The notes under the pieces are model-generated. The model was given only the letters and a program-made list of their open reading frames with translations. It searched no databases and had not been told where the DNA came from. A DNA stretch of 64,000 nt from Octopus sinensis (Eukaryota), in assembly GCF_006345805.1 (NCBI RefSeq), contig NC_042999.1:163370001-163434000 (forward strand), written 5' to 3'. Shown here piece after piece: positions 53,051 through 64,000 of the stretch (positions within the stretch are counted from its first letter, which is position 1; each line of letters opens with the position of its first letter). The position numbers and the translations under genes were made by a program.

Positions 53051-53475
53051 TACTCTCTCTCCTATTCACTGTAACACACTTTATATATGTAACAAGGGAT
53101 GGCAGTTGGTATCTGATCGGTCTGTATTCAATCTCCTCCATCGTCCCCACCTTATCATTTTATCTCTCTTTTATCATGGTTCCAGTATTATCACACCATG
53201 GCATTTGGGCAATGTATTCAATCTCCTTATCAGCAGGTATATGTAGTTATCACAGTCTCTCTTCAATTATTTCTTCTATCAATCTTTCACTCCAATCATT
53301 TTGTAAGAAGTGGCTCCTGTGTGCAAACCTATTTATTGTCTTGTTGCCTAACAAGGTTAATTTTGTGTTCATGTATGGGATGCAGAGCAGCCTTCTGAAG
53401 CACCTGTGCTCAAATTCCTTGATTCTTTGCTCCATATTATCTGTAAGAGTCCAGCTGAATTCTTACAGCTTGTAT

Positions 53476-53523
<48 letters not shown>

Positions 53524-54225
53524 GTTTAACATCCGCTTTCCATGCTAGCATGGGTTGGATGGTTCAACTGAGGTCTGGGAAGCCAGACGGCTGCACCAGG
53601 CCCAGTCTGATCTGGCAGTGTTTCTACAGCTGGATGTCCTTTCTAACGCCAACCACCCCGCGAGTGTAGTGGGTGCTTTTTACGTGCCACTGGCACAGGT
53701 GCCAGACGAGGCTGGCAATGGCCACGATCGGATGGTGCTTTTTTACGTGCCACCGGCATGGAAGCCAGTCAGGGCGGCGCTGGCTACGGCCACGTTCGGA
53801 TGGTTCTCTTACGTGCCACCGGCACTGGTATCACAGCTACAAATTCCACTGATGTTGATAGATTACGATTTGTCTGTTCTGACATGGTTTCTACAGCTGG
53901 GTGTCCTTCCTAATGCCAAGCACTCCACAGAATGTACTGGTTGCTTTTTATGTGGCACCAGTACCAGTACTACCTCTGAAGAGCCTCTGGGGTATTTGAG
54001 AAAATGGATTTCCTGAGTATCTGTAGTTTTTATAGTTCCTGTGCGTCTCCCACATACAAAACACTACCTTTTCTGATAATCTTCCTATTATTCCTCTTGT
54101 GTGTCTTATAGCTTGCACTGGGTACACCATTTGGAGTTCCTCTCTACGCCTTTTCTACATATCAAGCAGGGCCATTTACGTGATAGGAGAAGGATCCTGT
54201 CTATTTTCATGCTTACAAAGACTAA

Positions 54226-54625
54226 TACTCTTTACTCTTTTACGCTTTTACTTGTTTCAGTCATTTGACTGCAGCCATGCTGGAGCACTGCCTTTAATCG
54301 AGCAACTCGACCCCGGGACTTATTCTTTTGTAAGCCCAGTACTTATTCTATTGGTCTCTTTTGCCAAACAGCTAAGTGACGGGGACATAAATACGCCAGC
54401 ATCGGTTGTCAAGCAACGCTAGGGGGACAAATACAGACACACAAACACACACGCACATATATATATATATACATATATACGACGGGCTTCTTTCAGTTTC
54501 CGTCTACCAAATCCACTCACAAGGCTTTGGTCGGCCCGGGGCTATAGTACAAGACACTTGCCCAAGGTGCCACGCAGTGGGACTGAACCCAGAACCATGT
54601 GGTTGGTAAGCAAGCTACTTACCAC
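54226..54625 (-). mobile_element. tRNA-derived SINE, family 3
   Basis: Reverse complement of 45823-46228; ACTAA direct repeat flanks. Confidence 0.88.
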
Positions 54626-56444
54626 ACTAAGTTAATCTTAAGACCCTTTGATTCCAGGTTTTGCTTTCACACCAGGAATTTCTTTTCTAGTTCTGTAACA
54701 AAATTTGCTGTATTAAAAACAAGATCATCAGCATATAACAGTTCCCAGGTGCAGCCAGTCTTGAATTCCTCTGTTACGATGAATAGGAAGGGTCTGAGAA
54801 CTGAACCATGATGAATGCCTACTTCTATGCTGAATTCATCACTATACTCCTGGTTAACTCTCACCTTACTGACAGCACCTCTGTACATGGCTTGCACAGC
54901 TTTCACAGGTCACTCATCTACCCCTATATCTGTGACTCCTTTTTCATTCCTCAGAGTCCACCATATCACACAGCAGGGTACCCTGTGAAAAGCTTTCACT
55001 AAGTCAACAAGCCCACATACAATGGTTTATTCTTGGCCAAATACTTCTCCTGAAGTTGTCTGACTTTAAAGATAGTGTCAGTTGTGCTTCTACCTGGCAC
55101 AAAGCCAAACTACATTTCATCTAATTTGACTCTTCTAATTAACTGGGCTATAACTCTTTCTATCACTTTCATGACCTGGCCCAGCATCTTGATGTCTCTG
55201 TAATTACTTCTACCTAAAGCATCCCCCTTACTCCTGTAGCAGCTGACTCTAATGCTGCTACACCAATCATTGTGGATGGCACCTTCCTGAATAATCTGGT
55301 TAACTATTTGGGTGACTAGACTGTATCCAGATATTTTAAGCATCTCAGCTGTAACTCCCAATGGGCCTGGGACTTTCTCTGCCTTCATATCCTTAATTGT
55401 CTTATCTACCATACTGCTGTCAACTAGGATAATTGGTCTCTCTGTTGAGTTCACATAGGAGAGGCACTCTTTCTCCCATTCATTCTCCACATTTAATAGC
55501 TTTCCATAGTAGCCCTTCCGGGCCTCTTTCTTTTTGGAGTTACTGAGTGCAAGCATATCATTATCCATATGTACACACTTCTCTCCCACAACATTTCGAT
55601 TCTCTCTCATACACTGTCTATAAATCCGCAACACCTCAAGTCTCTGATCTTCACACTGTAAGACATTGGTAAACCTCTTCCTTCTGCTTCTACCCTGGTT
55701 AGATAAACCTGTTGCTTAACTTCTCTCTTGGCTACCTCCATTTCTCCACTCTTTCCAAGTTTGTCTCTTCAATTTTATGACCCTATCTACCTCACTGTCC
55801 CACCACTAGGTCACTCTCTTTCTGGCAGAGAATTTATCCCAGCAGCAGATTTCATCTGCAGCCTTCAGACGGTTGTGTCATAGGAATTTCCAGTTGTCCT
55901 CTACATTATATGTCACAACCTCCTCTTTCTCATCAGATGCTTTAATCAGAATGTCTCTAACCTTTGATTGTTTAATGGATCTTTTAGCTTCCATAACTTC
56001 CTTTTCCAGACTGGTTTATGTCTCTGCATTTGTCCACCCTTAAGTCTAAAGTCACTAACCACTAACCTACATTGAGTTGTACATTCCTCAATGGGAGAGG
56101 ACTTTGCATTTATAAGTATCTCTCTATCTCTGTTTCTGGCTTGGGTGCTTGATATCCTGTAGTTAGTGTTGCATCACAAAACTCCAGGAGCCTTGTTCCT
56201 TCCTCATTTCTAGTGCCAAAGCCAAAACTTCCATGCACACCATAAAATCAATAGCATGTTGCTTAACATGATCATTAAAGTTGCCAACTACAGTACCAAG
56301 GTAATTTTCCTTTGTTATTGAGGTGGTCTTCAGAAGGGACTCATAGAAACAGTCCTTCTGTTCATAATCTAGTCCAGCATGTGGAACATATGCAAAGATA
56401 AATGTTGCTGTTGCATTAGACAAGACGATTCTTAACTTATACCT

Positions 56445-56672
56445 ATTTCTTTATTACCCACAAGGGGCTAAACACAGAGGGGACAAACAAGAACAGACAT
56501 AGGTATTAAGTCGATTACATCGACCCCAGTGCGTAACTGGTACTTAATTTATCGACCTCGAAAGGATGAAAGGCAAAGTCGACCTCGGCGGAATTTGAAC
56601 TCACAACGTAACGCAGACGAAATACCGCTAAGCATTTCGCCTGGCGTGCTAACGTTTCTGCCAGCTCGCTGC
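56445..56672 (-). mobile_element. tRNA-derived SINE, family 1
   Basis: 14-bp TSD CTTAACTTATACCT. Confidence 0.9.
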
Positions 56673-58833
56673 CTTAACTTATACCTGATTACCTCAATCA
56701 CCTTATCTACCCACATCTCTGCAATAAGTATACCTACCCTTCCTACCCCATCACTTCTCCCTTCTATAAGAATTTATATCTACGATGATGATGATGATGA
56801 TGCTCCTTGCCCACAAGCAGTCTAGCTGAGTACTGAATAGCATAGAGCTCTTGTGTCTATGCAGGACCTAAGCCACAGTGGCTTAGGTCACTGGATTGAA
56901 ACAAAAAGGCAGAATCAAACATAGAAAAAAATATGATGCCTGAGATATCAAAACAAATAATGGAAAATTCTAGGAAGAATTAGTTAGAAATTAGATGAGG
57001 CAGACTTATGATACATTATCAGAAATAATATTTATTGATGCTATCCCAAAAAGTGAATTAGCTAGTAAATTTTGGAAAGAACTCAGTGATGTAGCAAGGT
57101 ACAAAGAAGCCAGCGCCATTTTGAAACAGAAAGATCTCGCCTGCAACCATTGCCATACATGAGATAAAATGAGATCTCACCTGCAACCATTATTTAAGGA
57201 AAAGACAACAGCATTTTCCCTCTCATTCTTCTCACGCTGATGCCGAACAAGACTTCGAAACCAGGATCTCACAGTGGACTTTTGTCCCGCTGTGATACCA
57301 CATGCATTGTCTCCAGATGTTATTGAACCTCACGTTTATGGGAGAGAAGGCTAACTATGCACTGCTGGGAAGATGGTTACAGAAAGCAAACCCCTTGTAC
57401 AAAGCACCTGTGAATAAATGGTTATTGAATTTTACACTGCCTGAGAACTTCATTCTTCATATTTCCAACTCCTTGAATCAACAGAATAATTATAATGGAA
57501 GAAGGTATTCCAAAAGTATCATAAAAAAACTTTCCTTCCATTATAGATGCAAAATTTAGAGTTAAAGTAGTAGAAAAATTAGGCAAATCCATTAGGTCAG
57601 AAATAAGTAGGACATACTCATTTAATAAGGACCACCTGTTACCATCATTATCATCATCTTTTAAAGTCAATCTTCCTTTTATAGTCAATCTTCCCTTTAA
57701 AGTCAATTTTTCCATTCATGTATCCAATGGATCTGAGGAGTGCATAATGCTCACTAGAAGTAGTTGATTGCATTTGTTACCTCAATGTAATTAGCTAGGG
57801 AAGAGTAGCAAGAATAAGAAGTTTAGAGAGCTACTAGCACTGTTGGCAACAAAGAGTAGTTTGTATGACTACCTGTGAAACAATTTGTATGATAGTGAAA
57901 CATGGGCCTTAAGCATAGAGGAATTGAATGTGCAATGGAAGTGTGAATGAATATGTACTGAGAGAAAAAAAACAGAGATAAGAAGGATCAGATTTAGTGT
58001 GTAAAAATGAAGATTGTGCTGATATGGACATATGATGCATTTGGATAAGAACTGCTGCATAAAGAAATGCTGATTGCTTGGAGCTTGTGAAAGAGGGAGA
58101 TATAGGACAAATTAGTGAGATCAGTCTTCACCACTTCATCCCATATCTTCTGGGATCTCTGTCTTTCACAGGTTCATCCACCTACTTGGAATGTGCTGCA
58201 CTTTGTTATACAGTTGTCTTCTTTCATAAGCACTACACACCCGTACATCACTGTTTTCTCTCTTGTACACCACATCTGATACCTAGTTATTCTCTCAGCA
58301 TATTTGTACTCAATCAATCAGGTACACTGATGATACACAACTAGTCAAGTATGCTCACTTAATTTCTTTCTAGTCTTTGCAAGTCCTCTGCTTACAAGGC
58401 CCATGTATAGGGAAAAGTGCATGCAACAAAAGGGGGGAAAATGAAATTAAAAGAGAGAGAGGGTGTGAGAGAGAAAAACAGTGTGTGTTGTATTAAAAAC
58501 AATATGTTAGAATTTGATTTTTTTAAGGAATTTTATCAATTAAGAGAGTATCCCAATTATGCTTTGTGAATTACTGCAAAGCACATGAAGAACATGGAAT
58601 TTTTAGGATGTAACTGATGGTTTGCAATGTTAAAAAGCTAATTCCTACAGGTGCACTATTGTTCCAATTTAAATTTGAAGGATTAATAAAGATGTATGAA
58701 AAACTCTTAATAAAAAGAGTGAAACTTGAAAAAAAAGCTGTTCCCTATTTACATATATGTTCACATACATTTATTAAATGTTTTTATTTTACTTACATAA
58801 TAATGAATGTTAATATACTATTTTGCTTTATAG

Positions 58834-58959
58834 ATTTCCTCCTATCTGCCCATTTATGGAATTGGATTATGTTGTGAATAAGTCAATGCAGGCCATTCTG
58901 ACTAACCAGTACATACTCTGTTTACCAAGACTTGTCTACTTTCAAGCTGCATTTAAAGC
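58834..58959 (+). CDS. SDR16C-family dehydrogenase, coding exon 4
   Basis: TTTTGCTTTATAG acceptor; AG+A=Arg, then FPPICPFMELDYVVNKSMQAILTNQYILCLPRLVYFQAAFK, resembling the SDR16C C-terminal region; donor GC|GTAAGT, phase 2. Confidence 0.9.
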
Positions 58960-59022
58960 GTAAGTGGCTCTAAACAAAGTAGTACCAAATAGTAAGAATT
59001 TAGACTGTCTACTAAAGAATCT

Positions 59023-59321
59023 GGAGGCGCAATGCCCAGTGGTTAGGGCGCGGACTCGCGGTCGTAGGATCGCGGTTTCGATTCCCAGACCGGGCGTTGT
59101 GTGTGTTTATTGAGCGAAAACACCTAAAAGCTCCACGACGCTCCGGCAGGGGGTGGTGGTGATCCCTGCTGTACTCTTTCACCACTCTTTCTCTCACTCT
59201 TTCGTCTGTTGGCCTGCTCGCTTAGCCAGCGGGGTGGCATCATTCGAAGGCTAAAACAATGCAAACGCATTGTGACCAGCGATGTGTAACTACATCTGAT
59301 GGTCTGGTCGATCATGTGATA
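59023..59321 (+). mobile_element. tRNA-derived SINE, family 2, subtype A
   Basis: 12-bp TSD ACTAAAGAATCT. Confidence 0.9.
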
Positions 59322-60649
59322 ACTAAAGAATCTATGGTTCAATTCTAATCAAGTAGCTTAGTTCATCTAGATGTAAATAGATGTAATAAGTAATGATGAG
59401 TAGGTATAAGTATCGAAAGCATTGTACCACTGAGCATTAGACAGCTGTGCTGAATTCAAACCTTCTTTCTTTGATATCAGTTGGTGTGGTTGAGGCTGAC
59501 TAATTTAACTTGTTCTGAATACTTTGCTTCATGACAAAGTTGTTTCCTATGAGCTTTTACATTATAAGTTCCATTCAGCTTTTTCATTTTCAATGCTAAG
59601 CAAATGAGTCTTTATGCGGCTTTTGGGATCAAATCAGTCAACTGTCCACTTTCTGTGCATAGAAATAGAGAATTCTCTATCAGAGAATTCTCAACCCCAT
59701 TACTTACTCATGATTTATAATTAAAAATAGAAATATTCTAAATGTTTATTTATTATTATAATCCACTGTATTTTACCTTACAGAAATATCATCTTCTCCT
59801 TTCCAAGTTATGCAGATCAGGTCTCTGCCTCTGAATTTTATACTATTTCATTTTTATGATATTTCTATATTATCTTGCAGTACCTTATTTAGTACATTAT
59901 ATCAATTACAGTTTTAGGATTTTACCAATATCACTGTGTTCATTTTGTTAGTATGAGACAGTGTTTAGTGTTTTGGTTTGTTCATTTTATTTTCCATTTA
60001 TCATTTGATATGATGTATGACTTCTCATCGTCACTGTTATATCTGAACTGTTATAATATCAAACATTCCTGCTGTTCTCTTATTACTCTCCAACTGTGTA
60101 TCTTCAACAAGCACTCCACGACATCTCTATTCAATAATTCCTACAACCTGTACACTCTGACTGCACATATGACACTCTTCTCAGACTGTTCTGCGCATGC
60201 TCATTTATACTTGTTGTGATTTTCACTTAGCCAATCACAGGAGTGTACAGTTTCCCCATACAACACTATTTTATAATATTCCACTACCTCCATTTCACTT
60301 TTGACATTATAGAACAGAGATCCTTCCAGAATAGGTGTTTAGTGACGCATGGCCTGCAGAGTAGAAAAATAATTAGAAAATGTATTCTAATCAATAACCT
60401 AGGGGACAATAAAAGGGTCCTTTCACTATATCTTTTGTTAAAAAATTATCTTTGCATTTATGGTCATTATTTTTACACTGTAACAGTTTTACATCCATTG
60501 TTCTATGAAAGCATTGTATAGATCCTTGTCAGTTTTCTAACTGAAATAAAAGTTTAAAAGTACTCAATTTATTCAAAAGAAATGAATTGTCTAGTGCTTA
60601 AAATTTTTTTTTGTTATTGAAAGGGTGCTAATTGAAATTATTTTTTCTG

Positions 60650-63430
60650 CCTTTAACCCCTCCAACACGGAGTATAGGCCACTTATAATTGAATTCCATG
60701 TCACTTCTGTACTTATACTCTGCCATGAATGTCCCCTTTCTCTAGTTCTTTTTGTGTTGATCTACACCAGGAGTTCTTAGGCCTACCTTTCTTTCTATAT
60801 CCATCCGGATTCCACTGTAAAGCACTTTTCACTACATTTGGTGTGTCTTTTCTAATTGTGCTACCAATCCACTTCCACTTTTCCTTAAATATTTGCTCCC
60901 TAATCAAAACCTGATTTGTTCTTTGCCATAGCTCCATATTGCTTATGTGTTCGGGCCATCTAATTTTAAGTATACTATGCAAGCATCTGTTGATGAATGA
61001 TTCTATTTGCTTATTTGACTTAACTGATATTCACCATGTCTCATCCCCATACAATAACACCGCTTTTACGTTAGTGTTAAAAATTCTTATTTTGAAATTA
61101 CTCTTGCACTCCATACGTTTTTTTAACAGGTAAAAAGCAGTTCTTGCCTTACTTATTCTCATCTTAATATCTTCGTCGGTGCCACCTGAAAATGCTATCT
61201 TACTACCTAAATACGTAAACTCTGCTGCATCCTCTAGTTCATCGGTTTCTAGTTTAATACGTTCGTTGCTTTCTTCATTAATGCACATAATTTTTGATTT
61301 GTCGCGGTTGACTTTCAATCCTAGTTTGGCAGCTATTGCTTCTAATTTTGACATTTTATTTTGCATTTGGCTATATGTTTGTGAAAGTAGCACTATATTA
61401 TCTGCAAAGTCGAGATCTTCTTGAGCTTCTGCATCTGTCCATTCAATGCCTGTTTGGCTTTCAATCGTAGTTTCCTTCATAATCCAATCTATAACTAGTA
61501 GAAATATAAAGGGAGAAAGTATACAGCCCTGTCGAACTCCTGTTTTTACTTCGAATTTATCTGTAGCTCTGTTTCTATGCAAGACTCGGCATGACATTCC
61601 TTGGTAAGTTGCTCTTATTATAGATATATACTTGTCTGGTATGCTGTAGTGCTGCATAATTTTCCATAAGCCTTCCCTATCTACACTATCAAATGCTTTT
61701 TTGAAATCAATAAAGTTAATATAAAGCAGTGCATTCCACTCTGCGCTTTGCTCTAAGATGATGCAAAGAGTGGCGATTTGATCTACACATGAACGATTCT
61801 TCCTAAATCCGGCTTGTTCTTTACGTAACAATTTATCAACTGCTGTCCTCATCCGCTCTAAAAGTATCCTGTTAAAAACTTTTCCGGAAGTCGATAATAG
61901 CATAATCCCTCTATAGTTTCCATAAACGCTTAAATCACCTTTTTTGGGCAATTTTACAATGAGTCCCTCTTTCCAATCATTAGGCACATTTTCTTCCTGC
62001 CATATCTTAGAAAATAATGGATGAAACATTTCTACCGCTATTTCTATAGCTGATTTCATTGCTTCAGCTGGAATGTTGTCTACACCTCCCGCTTTCCCAT
62101 TCTTGAGGGATTGTATAGCCTTTCTTATTTCAAACTTGGACAGTGGGTCAAGGCTGATGTTAAGATCCAAATTTCTTGGCACAATGTTGGCTATTATGTC
62201 TGGAGGTAGTCTATTGAGCAAATCTTCAAAATGCTCCTTTTCTACTCTTACTCTCTTCTCGGATAGTAATTCAGTTGTGTTGTACAGCTCTTTCATGTTC
62301 TGGCGCTGAGCTGCACTTTCTGCTGTTGTTGCTAAATTTTTGAAATATTTTCACTTGTCTCTTCTTAATTGTTTTTTAACTTTCTTATTTTGTTGATTGT
62401 AATTTCCCTGACATCTATTTATCTCTACTTCTAAGCTTGCCGATAGTGATTTTTCCTTTAGCTTCTTTCGTACTTCTATGGCTGTTAGTGTCTCTTGTGA
62501 TATACACATCTTATTCTTTTTGCTTACACACCCTACGAATTCTTCTAATAATGAAATAAAAGCATCCTTAATTTTTGACCAAGTGTGTTCTGTTGTGTTG
62601 CCTTGCATCCTTTTTACTTGCATTGATTTGCATGATAATACTTTTCTGTATTTTATTTGGGTGTCTTCATGTTTTAGTAAATCAACATTGTATTTTCGTT
62701 GAACCTTACATTCCTCTTTTAAAACCCTTAATTTCTGTTGTAGTCTGCCAAATAGTAGGTGGTTGTCGGAGGCTGCGTCAGCCCCTCTTTTTACCCTAAC
62801 ATCTAACAGTGATCTCCTGAATTTGCAGCTTACACAGATGTGATTAATATGATTTTGCGTTTTCAGATCTGGCGATATCCATGTAGCTTTGGGAAGGTCA
62901 TTGTGCGGAAATAAAGTTCCTCCAATGATCAACTGGTTATTTGTGCAAAAGTCAGCAGATAACTGGCCTAAACCATGTTCTCCCATAATGGCTTCATATC
63001 CTAAATTAATGTTTCTGACTTTTGCACTGAAATCACCCAAAACCATTCTCAACTCTTTCTCAGTCTGTTTTTCAATTACGCTCTGCAGAGTATCATAAAA
63101 TTCGACTTTTGTTAATTCATCAGCATCATTTGTTGGGGCGTAGCACATAACGATTGTAAGGAAAATCCGCTTATGAGATGTTCTAAACTTTACTAGTATC
63201 AATCTTTCGGTTATGGGTAGCCATTCTATTAATGCTTTAACCAATTTCTTAGTCAGCGTCAGAGCTATTCCCCTTGTGTGATGCGCCTTGTCATCTTTGT
63301 GCCCTGAGTATATATAATTGTTTTTCCTGAAGCTAGCTTAGTTTGTCCATTATCAATCCACCTAGTTTCACACAAACCCCAAATTTCCAATTTGTAATTG
63401 TCCATTTCTTTGCTAATATTTGCACACTTT
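60650..63430 (-). mobile_element. Second RTE-clade LINE family (APE endonuclease + RT, no PHD insert), inactivated
   Basis: CYAPTNDA..LGDFSAKV..ASDNHL endonuclease; NYRGIMLL, QAGFR, FIDFKKAFDSV, GVRQGCILSP, DFADN (catalytic DD mutated), FTYLG; frameshifted into 3 ORFs. Confidence 0.92.
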
Positions 63431-63698
63431 CCAGCAGTAAACACTGATAGTTGACAAATCTTGTATTAATTTATCAACCGAAGGTTTCCAGAGTCAAAGG
63501 TTTTTTATGATGCCAAATAGTCAAAGCCCTCGGGAAGCTAGTTGGCTGATACGGCTTTCGACAAAGGATTCCACGAGGTTCGATGCGTGGAATATTTGAA
63601 CGATGTTTACTGCTAATTGAAATAGTAAAACCTAAATCATAATCCCCCCCCCCCCAAAAAAAAACATATTAATAAATTTTCTCTTTTTTCTTTTACAG

Positions 63699-63789
63699 AA
63701 TTTTACCAACTGAAGCGTGGATTGCCTCTTGTAGGTTTTTTGGTACCATGACTTTTATGGATGGTTTTGTTGGTAATAAAAAGGACTGA
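63699..63789 (+). CDS. SDR16C-family dehydrogenase, terminal coding exon 5
   Basis: Long polypyrimidine tract + CAG; GC+A=Ala, then ILPTEAWIASCRFFGTMTFMDGFVGNKKD*. Total CDS 909 nt = 302 aa, typical for the family. Confidence 0.88.
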
Positions 63790-64000
63790 ACATCACATTA
63801 GGAATTATTTATTGATTTAACTTTAGATTGATTTGAAGCCTGAACTTGACTGATCAAAATCTTTCTTGACATACTTTCCATCAAACATTATTTCTTGTTT
63901 TCTCAGATCATGCTTAAACATTTCTCTCTATATATTCCTTTAGCAATATTTCTGCCCCAGCTGCAGCAAATCCTGGATCTAGTTTTCTCAGTGATTACTT

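Larger units (their letters stand above)
53880..56770 (-). mobile_element. Old degraded RTE LINE (endonuclease + RT) with two nested SINEs
   Basis: ORFs 54667..54906 (LLYADD), 55110..55634 and 56163..56423 (AYVPHAG..GNFNDHV) homologous to the 14-kb RTE family. Confidence 0.85.

Noticed and set aside
57232-57300. CTGATGCC..GAAAC hammerhead-like motif and adjacent hairpin
   Set aside because: Core mismatch, very short stem II and no convincing stem I; possibly a PLE relic but not supportable.
63440-63600. Possible HDV-like ribozyme in the 5' region of the minus-strand RTE
   Set aside because: Only a hairpin (ATTCCACG/CGTGGAAT) is visible; I could not build the nested double pseudoknot.

Overview
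AT-rich, repeat-saturated eukaryotic DNA; the SINE/LINE/microsatellite repertoire resembles Octopus (inference, not a database result). One complete spliced host gene lies on the + strand: an SDR16C-type short-chain dehydrogenase/reductase (RDH10/SDR16C5/HSD17B11-like) with 5 coding exons (10249-10529, 42748-42913, 47785-48029, 58834-58959, 63699-63789; 909 nt, 302 aa), all GT-AG and phase-compatible, with a 32 kb first intron. Most other recognisable sequence is transposon-derived: a decayed Helitron plus four non-autonomous relatives, five solo-LTR-like elements (four with 4-bp TSDs), RTE LINEs of at least two families, several R4/Dong-like LINEs, CRE- and Penelope-like fragments, three tRNA-derived SINE families, and MULE, piggyBac, mariner and pogo-type MITEs. 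Most notable observations: tandem arrays of putative H-type pseudoknot units in the RTE 3' UTR, a chimeric two-segment copy of intron-1 sequence at 1239-1946, Penelope-type minimal hammerhead ribozyme relics, a PHD-like finger inside the RTE reverse transcriptase, and a symmetric NRF1/ETS motif cassette inside the Helitron. No prokaryote-type system (CRISPR, operon) is present. All alignments were made by eye, and boundaries of degraded elements are approximate.
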